From an uncultured Chloroflexia bacterium (GTDB taxonomy: Bacteria > Chloroflexota > Anaerolineae > Anaerolineales > Anaerolineaceae), in the NCBI GenBank assembly GCA_963704755.1, contig OY969938.1, positions 2,910,001-2,942,000 on the forward strand: a stretch of DNA of 32,000 bases, in the 5' to 3' direction. A program made the translations under genes and the position numbers. Below, piece after piece: positions 8,714 through 18,731 of the stretch. The notes under the pieces were generated by a model, which saw only the letters and a list, made by a program, of their open reading frames with translations, did no database searches and had not been told where the DNA came from. Within the stretch, counting starts at the first letter, position 1. Each line of letters begins with the position of its first letter.

Positions 8714-9421
<708 letters not shown>

Positions 9422-9435
<14 letters not shown>

Positions 9436-10714
9436 CTTACTGCGCACCGCCTGGGTCGGCGTTTCTTCCAACAAGTTGCGCGCTGTATTGACCACCCTGG
9501 GTATCATCATCGGCGTGGCCTCGGTCATCAGCACCCAGGCGTTGGGGAACGGCGCCAGGGCAGCCGTAGCCAGCCAGTTCCAGTCGCTGGGCGCCAACGA
9601 TATTCAAATCAACACCCGAATGCAGCTCAAGAATGGCAGTATCGAGCAGGCCGATAACCCGCTCACCTATGAGGACGGGCTGCAAATGCCCTACAACGTA
9701 CCCGAGGTAGAGCGGGTGGATATGTCTGTGCAAACCTCGGCCCGGCTGCGCAACGAACGCAATACCCTGGACGTGAACATCCAGGGCGTGACATCCAGCG
9801 CACTGGACCAGGTGGTGGCGTCCGGCCAGGTCCAGCCGGCCAACTGGCCCACCGGAAAGGCAGTGACCGGGACAGACTTTTTGGCTGAGGGGCGTTTCTT
9901 CACCGACAGCGAGGTGCTCAACGGCGATGATGTATGCATCCTCGGCTCGGAAACCGCTCAAGACCTGTTCAACGGCGACGACCCGATCGGGCAGACCGTC
10001 CAGGCCGGCCGCAAGCACTGCCAGGTGGTGGGTGTACTGGCCGAGCTGGAGCCAACCGACGCCAGCCAGCGTTACACCCAGGACTACAACACTACATTCT
10101 TTATGCCCATCAGCACGGTCATCCAGCAGTATTACGACACCGAACCCTCGGTCAATATGACCGTGGTGGTCAAGGATGCTAAAAAGATCGACCAGGCCAA
10201 GCAGGAAATCATCGACTACCTGCGCCAGCGCCATAACATCCAGCCGGACGCCGATGGCAACTACACCGACGACTTCGACCTGACCACCCGCAGCGACATC
10301 CTGGGCGCCCAACAGCAAGCTGCCAGCGCCTTTGCCCTGCTGCTGACCGCCATGGCAGTTGTTTCTCTGATCGTCGGCGGGATCGGCATCATGAACGTTA
10401 TGCTGGTCAGCGTGACCGAGCGTACCCGCGAAATTGGCGTGCGTCTGGCCGTGGGGGCGCGCCAGCGGGATATCGTCACCCAGTTCCTGGTGGAAGCCGC
10501 CATCATCAGCGCCGCGGGAGGTGTGCTCGGCATCCTGGTGGGCATCTTCAGCATCCCGCTGGCGGCCGCGCTTAATAGCGGCAATGCCTTGCTGGCCCCA
10601 GGCAGCATCCCGCTCTCGTTCGGGGTCGCGGAACTGACCGGCCTGTTGTTCGGCCTCTACCCGGCCCTGCGCGCCGCCCGCCTGGATCCAATCGAGGCCC
10701 TGCGCTATGAGTGA
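9422..10714 (+). CDS. ABC transporter permease, MacB/FtsX family
   Basis: The N-terminus MTFINLLRTAWVGVSSNKLRAVLTTLGIIIGVASVI is followed by a large extracytoplasmic domain and a C-terminal FtsX-type 3-TM bundle (ERTREIGVRLAVGA). GAGGAG lies 9 nt upstream of the ATG at 9422 (alternative ATG at 9404). Confidence 0.9.
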
Positions 10715-10726
10715 TGGGAAAACTCC

Positions 10727-10777
10727 CCGATTTGGGGTGTATGGGCGGGCGAAGCCCGCCCATACACCCCAAATCGG
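10727..10777. repeat. Dispersed hairpin family copy (23-bp perfect stem, CGAAG loop)
   Basis: CCGATTTGGGGTGTATGGGCGGG-cgaag-CCCGCCCATACACCCCAAATCGG, immediately after the permease stop. Confidence 0.9.
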
Positions 10778-10833
10778 AGCCCCTACTCGTCAGAAACAGA
10801 AGAGCATTAATTCAAAAAAATGGAGCATAAAGC

Positions 10834-11491
10834 ATGATGCAAGAACCAGTACAGAATGAACCCATCCTTCCAGAAGATATACTCCCGCCGGCGGAATCGG
10901 CGACCAAGAAAAAACGCACTGCCCTTTGGGTGATCATTGGCGTAGTTGCCGTCATCGTGCTGGGCGGGGCGGCCTTCCTGGCGGGCCGTTTCTTTTAACA
11001 ATCAGGCGCTTTCTTCTCAAAATGGGCCGATTATCTCGACAGGCCCGAGTGGGAACACCACGGTCAGAATGGACAAAAGTAATTTCAGCGACTGGCCGTC
11101 CGAGATCCCCCAGACCGACCCGGACGTACGCGGCATGTTTGTCAGCCGCCAGGATAACGTGCTGACCATCGGCACCGGCCAGGTGACCGTCCTGGCCAAG
11201 ACCAACCCAAGCGGTACGGCTGAAATCAAATCCAATTACAGCGGCCCGCAGACCGAAGTCGTGGTAAACGGCCAGACCAAAGTCTATCGGGACGCCACTA
11301 TGGACGACCTGACCAATGGTATTCCCCTGGACGGCCAAAAGATAGAGCGCAAAATAGCCGACGGTTCTCTGGACGAGATCGGTGAAAACAGCTCGGTTAC
11401 CGTTTGGGGTCGCAAGACCGGCGACCGCTACATCGCCGATGTGTTGATCTACTCCACCCCGTTGATCTTCAAAGCGTCCAGCAGCAAGTAG
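10834..11491 (+). pseudogene. Frameshifted paralog of the 11688-12344 membrane-anchored protein
   Basis: ATG at 10834 (GGAG RBS) encodes MMQEPVQNEPILPEDILPPAESATKKKRTALWVIIGVVAVIVLGGAAFLAGRFF, then TAA at 10996-10998. The rest of the homology (NNQALSSQNGPIISTGP...) continues in the next frame to 11491. One extra T in the run at 10993-10996 explains the break. Confidence 0.6.
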
Positions 11492-11568
11492 AAGAAATAG
11501 CGGAATTCACCTCATCCTATTGGCTGTCCAAGGATTAGCGCGCCTACTCGGGCCTATGCCATAAACCT

Positions 11569-11623
11569 CCCGAATTTGAGGTGTTTGCGGAGGCGAAGCC
11601 CCCGCAAACACCTCAAATTCGGG
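11569..11623. repeat. Dispersed hairpin family copy
   Basis: CCCGAATTTGAGGTGTTTGCGGAGG-cgaag-CCCCCGCAAACACCTCAAATTCGGG, with one mismatch. Confidence 0.9.
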
Positions 11624-11687
11624 GTTCTTACCCGTCAGGCCGAGCAGCTACAAATTACCTTTGCTAGATTTTTAAGGAGTATTTACG

Positions 11688-12344
11688 ATGACTCAAGAAT
11701 CCTTACCAAATGAACCCCTTGATCCCGGAAAGATTCCCCAACCGGCGGAACCGGCGCCCAGGAAGAAACGCACTTTCTTGTGGGTGGCTATTGGTGTGGC
11801 CGCGGTCCTGATCCTGGGTGGGGCGGCCTTCCTGGCCGGCCGGCTGTTCAACAACCGGGCGGCGGGCTCACAAAACGGGCCGATTGTGTCCACCGGGCCG
11901 AATGGCCAGCAGTCCGTGCGGATCAGCCCGGGCGACTTCACCGCCTGGCCAACGCCAATTCCCCAAACCGACCCGGATGTCAACGGTCTTTTTGTCAGCC
12001 GCCAGGACAACGTGATCACCATAGGAACGGGCAACGCTACCATAGGGGTCAAACAGGGCCCCGGGGGAGGTACGCCAGAAGTAAGTTCGAATTACACCGG
12101 GCCGCAGGTCGAGGTGGTGGTCACCGGCCAGACCAAAATCTACCGGGACACCACCATGGACGACCTGACCAATGGTATTCCCCAAAACGGGCAGAAGATC
12201 CAGCGCAAGGTCGCGGACGGTTCTCTGGATGAGCTTGCCTCGACCAGTAATGTGATCGTCTGGGGCCGCAAGACCGGCGACCGCTACGTGGCCGACGTGC
12301 TGATCTACTCATCCCCGCTGATGATTTCCGATCAGGGAAAGTAA
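11688..12344 (+). CDS. Single-pass membrane-anchored protein of unknown function (intact paralog)
   Basis: 218 aa with an AAGGAG RBS, an N-terminal K/R patch plus TM helix (FLWVAIGVAAVLILGGAAFLAG), and a beta-rich extracytoplasmic domain of about 150 aa. It is collinear with 10834-11491 and highly similar to it. Confidence 0.75.
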   Translation: MTQESLPNEPLDPGKIPQPAEPAPRKKRTFLWVAIGVAAVLILGGAAFLAGRLFNNRAAGSQNGPIVSTGPNGQQSVRISPGDFTAWPTPIPQTDPDVNGLFVSRQDNVITIGTGNATIGVKQGPGGGTPEVSSNYTGPQVEVVVTGQTKIYRDTTMDDLTNGIPQNGQKIQRKVADGSLDELASTSNVIVWGRKTGDRYVADVLIYSSPLMISDQGK

Positions 12345-12437
12345 TGACAAAAAATTTGCGTTCGATCTCAAAATTGGCCTTGTGGTGACATTAACGAAGC
12401 TGTGTTCGGTACTGGTGCGGTATCGCTATAATTGGGT

Positions 12438-14099
12438 ATGAAAGGAATATTCACTATGAAGCGTCGATCGATCCGTTGGCAGTTACCCCTCAGTTACGCC
12501 GCAATTGCCTTGTTGGCCGCACTGGCACTGGGCCTGGTGCTGCTGGTTGCTCTTACTCGTTACTATAACCGGCTTGAGGCCAATTATCTGTCGAATTACG
12601 GCATGTCCATCGATGCTACATTATCGAATCTCCCCTTGAAGGACCTTACGACGGACCAGCTCAATGCTCAAGTGAAAAGCTATTCTTTGATCAGCCAGAG
12701 CCGCATCCAGATCTTAGACCCAAACGGCAACATCCTGGCCGATTCAGGCTCTCCGGTACTGGATAAAAACAATCTGGTCTTCTTCTCCTTACCGGTTAAA
12801 GCCGGCCCGACGACCGCCTCGCCAAGTTCCGCGAACGGGAGGCTGTTAACGTACACAGTTATCCTGAATCAAGATCGCGTCACGGGGACCGCCCAGAGCG
12901 GCCTCGCGGTCCGCGTTAATCCAGACGGGGAAAACATGGATGGCACGATAAGCGCCAGCCCAAGTTCGGCTTTGCCTCCGGCTCTTGGCCAGAGCGGTGA
13001 AACATCAGGGATGGTGACAGAACCTGCTTCGGTAGCCATCGTCAGTTCGATGAAAATCGTTGAACCCTTCAGCCAGGAAATAAATGCAGCCGGCCGGTCG
13101 AATACTAAAATGTCGATCCTTCTGAATGATGCGAGCGGGAGCCGCTTTGGCACCCTGGTGCTCAGCGATGGCCCGGCTTACAGCCGCCAGATTGTATCGA
13201 TCGTGGCCATCTCCTGGCTGATCGCGGCGGTTTTAGCCGTGCTGGTGGCCGCTTTGACCGGCTACTTCGTCTCCCGGCGTATCAGCCGCCCGGTGACCGC
13301 CCTGGCCGTGGCGACCACCCGCATGGCCCAGGGCGATCTCTCGGCCCGCGCGCCGGGCGCCTCGATCCTGGAACTGGGCCAGCTCAGCAGCGCCTTCAAC
13401 CTGATGGCCGGGCACATCGAAGAGACGATCCTGGCCCTGCGTCACTTTGCCACCGACGCCGCTCATGAGATGAAAACCCCGCTCACTGCGCTGCGCACCA
13501 ACCTGGACCTGGCCCAGGGCGAGGCCGATCCCACTCGCCTGGCGACCTACCTGCAGCGAGCCGGCGAACAGGTGCTGCACCTGGATCGCCTGGTCGGCGA
13601 GTTGCTTGACCTTTCGCGCCTCGAAGCCGGGGTGCACCCGGCCGTGGAAGAGACCTTCGACCTGGCCGAACTGGTCCAGCGCACCAGCGAATTGTATGCC
13701 ACCCGCGCCGAGCAGGCCGGGCTGATGTTTAGCCTGGAATTACCCGATCATCCTGTGACCATTGTAGGCCGCCCGACCCAAATCGAACTGGCCGTCAGCA
13801 ACTTGCTGGATAATGGGCTCAAGTTCACCCGCCCGGATGGCTGGGTGAAGGCCAGCCTGGCCCAGGAAGCGGACCAGATCGTATTCACCGTCAGTGACAA
13901 CGGTATCGGCATTCCGGAAGAAGATTTGCCCCTGCTGTTCGATCGCTTCCACCGGGCGGCCAACGCCCGCTCGCGGCAGGGCAGCGGGCTAGGGTTGGCC
14001 ATCGTCAACGCGGTCGCCCAGGCGCACAAAGGCCGCGTCCGCGCCGAGAACCTGCCCGAGGGTGGGGCGCGCTTTACCTTCAGCCTGCCGAAAAATTAG
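12438..14099 (+). CDS. Sensor histidine kinase (2 TM, extracytoplasmic sensor domain of about 230 aa, HAMP, HisKA, HATPase_c)
   Basis: H-box FATDAAHEMKTPLTAL, N-box LLDNGLKFT, G-boxes DNGIGI and GSGLGLAIV. No response regulator gene is present in this window. Confidence 0.9.
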   Translation: MKGIFTMKRRSIRWQLPLSYAAIALLAALALGLVLLVALTRYYNRLEANYLSNYGMSIDATLSNLPLKDLTTDQLNAQVKSYSLISQSRIQILDPNGNILADSGSPVLDKNNLVFFSLPVKAGPTTASPSSANGRLLTYTVILNQDRVTGTAQSGLAVRVNPDGENMDGTISASPSSALPPALGQSGETSGMVTEPASVAIVSSMKIVEPFSQEINAAGRSNTKMSILLNDASGSRFGTLVLSDGPAYSRQIVSIVAISWLIAAVLAVLVAALTGYFVSRRISRPVTALAVATTRMAQGDLSARAPGASILELGQLSSAFNLMAGHIEETILALRHFATDAAHEMKTPLTALRTNLDLAQGEADPTRLATYLQRAGEQVLHLDRLVGELLDLSRLEAGVHPAVEETFDLAELVQRTSELYATRAEQAGLMFSLELPDHPVTIVGRPTQIELAVSNLLDNGLKFTRPDGWVKASLAQEADQIVFTVSDNGIGIPEEDLPLLFDRFHRAANARSRQGSGLGLAIVNAVAQAHKGRVRAENLPEGGARFTFSLPKN

Positions 14100-14139
14100 C
14101 CACAGATACACACAGATGGATACAGATAAAACTTAGTTA

Positions 14140-14182
14140 TTTCGAATCAAAAAAGCGGCATCGCCGCTTTTTTGATTCGAAA
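14140..14182. terminator. Bidirectional intrinsic terminator-like hairpin between convergent genes
   Basis: TTTCGAATCAAAAAAGCGGC-atc-GCCGCTTTTTTGATTCGAAA. It is a long stem with A/T runs on both sides, lying between the kinase (+) and the small membrane protein (-). Confidence 0.6.
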
Positions 14183-14277
14183 CTACCCGGCTGGTTTAAC
14201 TGAGTTTTCAGCTTGTTTATCGAAAGACACAGACAAGGTGCTTTTTAAAATCTGTGTCCATCTGTGGCCTATCTCAC

Positions 14278-14454
14278 CTAGAATATCGCCACGAGAATCA
14301 TGATCGGGATGGCCAGAATGGCCAAACCCAGGATCAGTCCGATCAGGCCCACGACCAAACCCAGGATGCCACCGACCAACCCGAAAACGCCTGAGATCAG
14401 GCCGAAGACCAGGCTGAAGAAACCCCCAATAATCCCAAAAATCAGTTTAAACAT
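14278..14454 (-). CDS. Small (58 aa) Gly-rich hydrophobic membrane protein
   Basis: On the minus strand, GGAGGCGCAA precedes an ATG. The translation is MFKLIFGIIGGFFSLVFGLISGVFGLVGGILGLVVGLIGLILGLAILAIPIMILVAIF. It falls below the 60-aa cutoff of the supplied track. The plus-strand ORF 14300-14551 is its mirror artefact. Confidence 0.55.
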   Translation of the reverse strand: MFKLIFGIIGGFFSLVFGLISGVFGLVGGILGLVVGLIGLILGLAILAIPIMILVAIF

Positions 14455-14540
14455 TTGCGCCTCCTTTTCAACCGCGCCATGCGGTTATAAATCCGGTTTA
14501 TGTAAATTTTTCGTAACTGCACAGCCCAGCGGGGATGAAA

Positions 14541-14595
14541 CCCGAATTTGATGTACGTGCGGGGGCGGAGCCCCCGCACGTACATCAAATTCGGG
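14541..14595. repeat. Dispersed hairpin family copy
   Basis: CCCGAATTTGATGTACGTGCGGGGG-cggag-CCCCCGCACGTACATCAAATTCGGG. Confidence 0.9.
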
Positions 14596-14851
14596 AACTT
14601 CTTAACAGGAGCCTGAGTAGTTACAATTTTTCGCAGCTTTTAGCATCGCAGGAGAACAGGGTGTTTTTATTTTTTTACATGGTTTGCATGCAAAAAATAA
14701 TAAAAACACCCCCCTCTTCTGAACCCGCTTGAATTGTCACATTTATTCATCCCACCGGTTATCCGCCGGTATTCCATATACGAGAAAGCCTCGGCAGGGT
14801 TGCACAGGCGTGGTAGAATCTCGGTTCTTTGGGAATTACCGGAATGGTTTG

Positions 14852-14902
14852 TATATATGGGGGTTAATCGTGCGCGAAGCGCACGATTAACCCCCATATA
14901 TA
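14852..14902. repeat. Perfect palindrome with a GCGAAGC apex
   Basis: TATATATGGGGGTTAATCGTGCGC-gaa-GCGCACGATTAACCCCCATATATA. Confidence 0.85.
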
Positions 14903-14980
14903 ACTTATTCCACGGTAGATCCCAAAGGCCCAGAATCTCTCTCCTGCACATTTTAATGTGATACTGGTAGAATAAAAAAC

Positions 14981-16291
14981 ATGCTTTACAAACCGAAAAG
15001 AAGTAACCGGCGGCGCTGGCTCCCGTACCTGGTAGCCGCAGCCGTTTTTTTAGGGCTAGCCTTTGCTGTTGCCCAGATCCCTTCCATAAAATCGCGCCTG
15101 ACCTGGCACATTGAGATCGTTCAAGCTTACGTTCGGGGGGTCATCGACCCCATTGGGGCCATGCCAACCGCAGACCCGCTCACCCCGGACGCAAGCCTTG
15201 CGGAAATCTTCACACCCACCCCTACGGTGACGCCTTCTCCAACCCAGCCCGCTGCCAACCCAAGCGGGACCATTCCCCCCACACCCAGCCCGACCTCAAC
15301 CCAGGCTCCAACAGCGACCTCAACCCCGCAGCCGTTGCCGGAGAAAGTGATCCTCACCCCGCCAACGCACATCGTTCAGGATATCAACAACTGCGGGCCG
15401 GCGACCCTGGCCATGTTGCTTTCCTACTATGGCTGGGATGGCGACCAGTACACCATCGCCGACGTGGTCAAACCCATACCGTCGGACCGCAACGTCAACG
15501 TGGATGAGCTGCTTTCTTTCACCCAGAACAACGTCAATTTCCTGGAAACCCAATTCCGGGTAGGCGGGACGGTGGATATGCTCAAGCAGTTCCTGGCTGC
15601 CGGCATGCCGATGATGATCGAGGAAGGCTTCATCATGGACGAGTCCTACTGGCCGAACGACGACCGCTGGGCCGGCCATTACCTGCTGCTAACCGGCTAT
15701 AACGACATCACCCAGACCTTTATCACCCAGGATTCTTTCCTGGGCGCCAACCGGGTAGTATCGTATAAAGACCTGGATAACTCCTGGCAGATCTTCAACC
15801 GGGTCTATTTCATGGCCTTCCCGCCGGAAAAAGAGCAAGATGTGAAAGACATCCTCGGCGATAATTGGGACGAGAAGCAGAACCGCCAGAACGCCCTGGA
15901 CGCCGCCCAGGCCCAAACCGAGGCGGATCCGAATAATGCCTATGGCTGGTTCGACCTGGGCACCAACATGCTCTATTTCGATATGTACGGTCAGGCGGTC
16001 GGCGCCTACGATAAAGCCCGTGCCCTGGGACTGCCGCAGCGCATGCTGCGCTACCAGTTTGGCCCGTTCATCGCCTATTTCCAGACCAATCGCATCGACG
16101 ACCTGATGGAACTGGTCAATTACGCCCTGAAGATCACGCCCAATTCGGAGGAGGCCCTCTTGTGGAAAGGCTGGGCGCTCTACCGCCAGGGCAAGACCGA
16201 CGACGCACTCAAAAGCTTTGACGAGGCCCTGAAAGACCACCCCGGCTACTCGGATGCGCTCTACGCCATCAAATTTGTCAACGGCGGGTAA
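14981..16291 (+). CDS. Membrane-anchored C39-like cysteine peptidase domain protein with C-terminal TPR repeats
   Basis: It has an N-terminal TM helix, a Pro/Thr/Ser-rich linker, NNCGPATLAMLLSYYGW (the Cys motif of the Peptidase_C39_2-like family), and a C-terminal TPR-like region (EEALLWKGWALYRQGKTDDALKSFDEALKDHP). Confidence 0.8.
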   Translation: MLYKPKRSNRRRWLPYLVAAAVFLGLAFAVAQIPSIKSRLTWHIEIVQAYVRGVIDPIGAMPTADPLTPDASLAEIFTPTPTVTPSPTQPAANPSGTIPPTPSPTSTQAPTATSTPQPLPEKVILTPPTHIVQDINNCGPATLAMLLSYYGWDGDQYTIADVVKPIPSDRNVNVDELLSFTQNNVNFLETQFRVGGTVDMLKQFLAAGMPMMIEEGFIMDESYWPNDDRWAGHYLLLTGYNDITQTFITQDSFLGANRVVSYKDLDNSWQIFNRVYFMAFPPEKEQDVKDILGDNWDEKQNRQNALDAAQAQTEADPNNAYGWFDLGTNMLYFDMYGQAVGAYDKARALGLPQRMLRYQFGPFIAYFQTNRIDDLMELVNYALKITPNSEEALLWKGWALYRQGKTDDALKSFDEALKDHPGYSDALYAIKFVNGG

Positions 16292-16452
16292 GCACACGCT
16301 CCGTAGACAATAAATTTCCAGCCGGTTATATGGCTTTTGTTTACCTGCTCCCGAAGGGGAAATGCGGGTTCCCCTTCGGGAGCAGGGGATGAGGGCGAGG
16401 CCTCGGGTCGTACAAGTCCTTTTGGATTTCAAGTACAGCCCGGTAAAACAGA

Positions 16453-17415
16453 CTTTGTAGGTTGGGTTCGGGCTCATGAATAAGGCCCGGGCATGAACAG
16501 GTTTCTCGCTTATCTATGCCCTGCCCGAACCCAACATTTGCAATCACCAAACATAGCGTTTTTGTTGCCGCGACCTTGGCCGCCGTTCTTGCCCCTCGCC
16601 CGTTTCTGGGAGAGGGGTTGGGGTGAGGGCGAAACGCCGTGGATGCACACCGCCGGCCAGGGAATAGCTTTGTAGGTTGGGTTCGGGCTCATGAATAAGG
16701 CCCGGGCATGAACAGGTTTCTCGCTTATCTATGCCCTGCCCGAACCCAACATCTGCAATTGCCAAACATAGCGTTTTTGTTGCCGCGACCTTGGCCGCCG
16801 CTCTTGCCACTCGCCCGTTTTTGGGAGAGGGGTTGGGGTGAGGGCGAAACGCCGTGGATGCACGCTGCGGGCCGGGGAATAGCTTTGTAGGTTGGGTTCG
16901 GGCTCATGAATAAGGCTCGGGCATGAACAGGTTTCTCGCTTATCTATGCCCTGCCCGAACCCAACATTTGCAATCGCCAAACATAGCGTTTTTGTTGCCG
17001 CGACCTTGGCCGCCGCTCTTGCCCCTCGCCCGTTTTTGGGAGAGGGGTTGGGGTGAGGGCGAAACGCCGTGGGTGCACACCGCCGGCCAGGGAATAGCTT
17101 TGTAGGTTGGGTTCGGGCTCATGAATAAGGCTCGGGCATGAACAGGTTTCTCGCTTATCTATGCCCTGCCCGAACCCAACATTTGCAATCGCCAAACATA
17201 GCGTTTTTGTTGCCGCGACCTTGGCCGCCGCTCTTGCCCCTCGCCCGTTTTTGGGAGAGGGGTTGGGGTGAGGGCGAAACGCCGTGGGTGCACACCGCCG
17301 GCCAGGGAATAGCTTTGTAGGTTGGGTTCGGGCTCATGAATAAGGCTCGGGCATGAACAGGTTTCTCGCTTATCCATGCCCTGCCCGAACCCAACATTTG
17401 CAATTGCCAAACATA
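16453..17415. repeat. Tandem array of a 215-bp unit, about 4.5 copies, near-identical
   Basis: Unit starts (CTTTGTAGGTTGGGTTCGGGC) fall at 16453, 16668, 16883, 17098 and 17313. Each unit is an inverted REP-B pair plus a TTGTTGCCGCGACC...CCCCTCGCCCGTTT(C/T)TGGGAGAGGGGTTGGGGTGAGGGCGAA module. Confidence 0.92.
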
Positions 17416-17499
17416 AGGTTGGGTTGCGGGTAGAGCCTGGAAAGTTACTCGATCCGGTAATTCGCCGGAGTAGCAAATGAGCCCGCAACCCAACCTACA
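17416..17499. repeat. REP family B inverted pair
   Basis: AGGTTGGGTTGCGGG ... GCCCGCAACCCAACCTACA separated by about 50 nt. Confidence 0.85.
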
Positions 17500-17709
17500 A
17501 GTCCTTCGTGATAAGCGTGAATGCTGGATACCGATAGACAAAAAAAGTTTCTCCTGCTTTCCCATGTCACCGGCGAGTAGTGCTTAACGCCTTCCCGCTC
17601 GCAGGGGGAAGGAAGGGATGAGGGTTTACGCTGGCAGGTCGAGATATCCGCGACCTGTAATTCAAATTAGCCCTGGCCGCGTTTTTATGGTTTAATCAAC
17701 CTTATATCC

Positions 17710-18639
17710 ATGAACCATCAACACACCTCTGCACTTAATGGCAAATCCCTGCTGGATGCGTTGGCCCGCAATACCGGCCTGGCGGATCTGCGCAATGCCA
17801 ACCTGGATGGCTGCGGCTTGACCGCCTTTCCGCGCGAGGTGTTGGCCCTGTCGGACCTTGAGGTGCTCAGCTTTTACGACAACCAACTGGCCGAGCTGCC
17901 GGCCGACCTGGCCCAGTTGAACCAGTTGCGCACCCTCAACCTTGGGCAGAACCTGCTGGAGGCCATCCCGGGGAGCATCGGTCGCCTGGAACAGCTCGAA
18001 ATGCTCGACCTGGGCCATAACCGTCTTTTGGAACTGCCGGCTGCTTTGGGCGACCTGAAAAACCTGGTTTTTTTGTATGCCAGCAACAACCGGCTCAGCG
18101 CGCTGCCCGACTCCCTGGCCGGGTTGGGCCGGCTGCGCTACCTCAACGTCACCGATAACCGCTTCAGCCAACTGCCGGGCTGGATCGGCTGCCTGGAGGG
18201 GCTGATCGAACTGCGCGTGTACAATAATGCCCTGGAAAGCCTGCCAACCGAGATCGGCAGCCTGCCGCGGCTGGTCGAGCTGCACGCCAATAAGAACCAG
18301 CTCGCCGCGCTGCCGGAGTCGATCGGGAACCTGCACACGCTGGCCAGGCTGACCTTGCAGTCCAACCGCCTGACCGCCCTGCCGGAAACGATCGGCGATC
18401 TGGTCCACCTGATCGAACTGGACCTGCGCTTCAACAACCTCTCTTCGCTCCCCGCGAGTTTCGCCAGCCTGCACGCGCTCGAATACCTCGACCTGCGCGC
18501 CAATGCCCTGACGGATCTGCCGGAGGGCCTGGGGCAGCTCGAGCGTTTGCGTAAGATCGATTTACGCTGGAACCGCCTGGAAAGCTGCCCATCCTGCCTG
18601 GCGGAACTGGCCAGGCGGGACTGCATTGTTTATACCTGA
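17710..18639 (+). CDS. Leucine-rich repeat (LRR) protein
   Basis: 309 aa with eleven consecutive 23-aa repeats fitting LxxLxxLxLxxNxLxxLPxxIgx. I saw no signal peptide and no attached enzymatic domain. Confidence 0.9.
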   Translation: MNHQHTSALNGKSLLDALARNTGLADLRNANLDGCGLTAFPREVLALSDLEVLSFYDNQLAELPADLAQLNQLRTLNLGQNLLEAIPGSIGRLEQLEMLDLGHNRLLELPAALGDLKNLVFLYASNNRLSALPDSLAGLGRLRYLNVTDNRFSQLPGWIGCLEGLIELRVYNNALESLPTEIGSLPRLVELHANKNQLAALPESIGNLHTLARLTLQSNRLTALPETIGDLVHLIELDLRFNNLSSLPASFASLHALEYLDLRANALTDLPEGLGQLERLRKIDLRWNRLESCPSCLAELARRDCIVYT

Positions 18640-18731
18640 CCGGCTGTAGTCTTCACACCTGCATTCGGGCGAAGGGTTGCCCCATTCTCCCGGACTGCGC
18701 TTAACGATTTCGTTTCAAAAGGAAGCCAACT

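Noticed and set aside
14300-14551. Plus-strand 83-aa ORF (MIGMARMAKPRISPIRPTTKPRMPP...)
   Set aside because: It is the mirror frame of the minus-strand Gly-rich membrane peptide, which has a proper GGAGG RBS and an ATG. The plus-strand product is a Pro/Lys/Arg low-complexity string that runs into a palindromic repeat.
16493-17565. Repeated 60-aa ORFs (MNRFLAYLCPARTQHLQ...) and their antisense partners, one per 215-bp unit
   Set aside because: They are produced by the tandem DNA repeat, have no RBS, run through REP palindromes, and both strands give ORFs of equal length. The repeat is better explained as non-coding.
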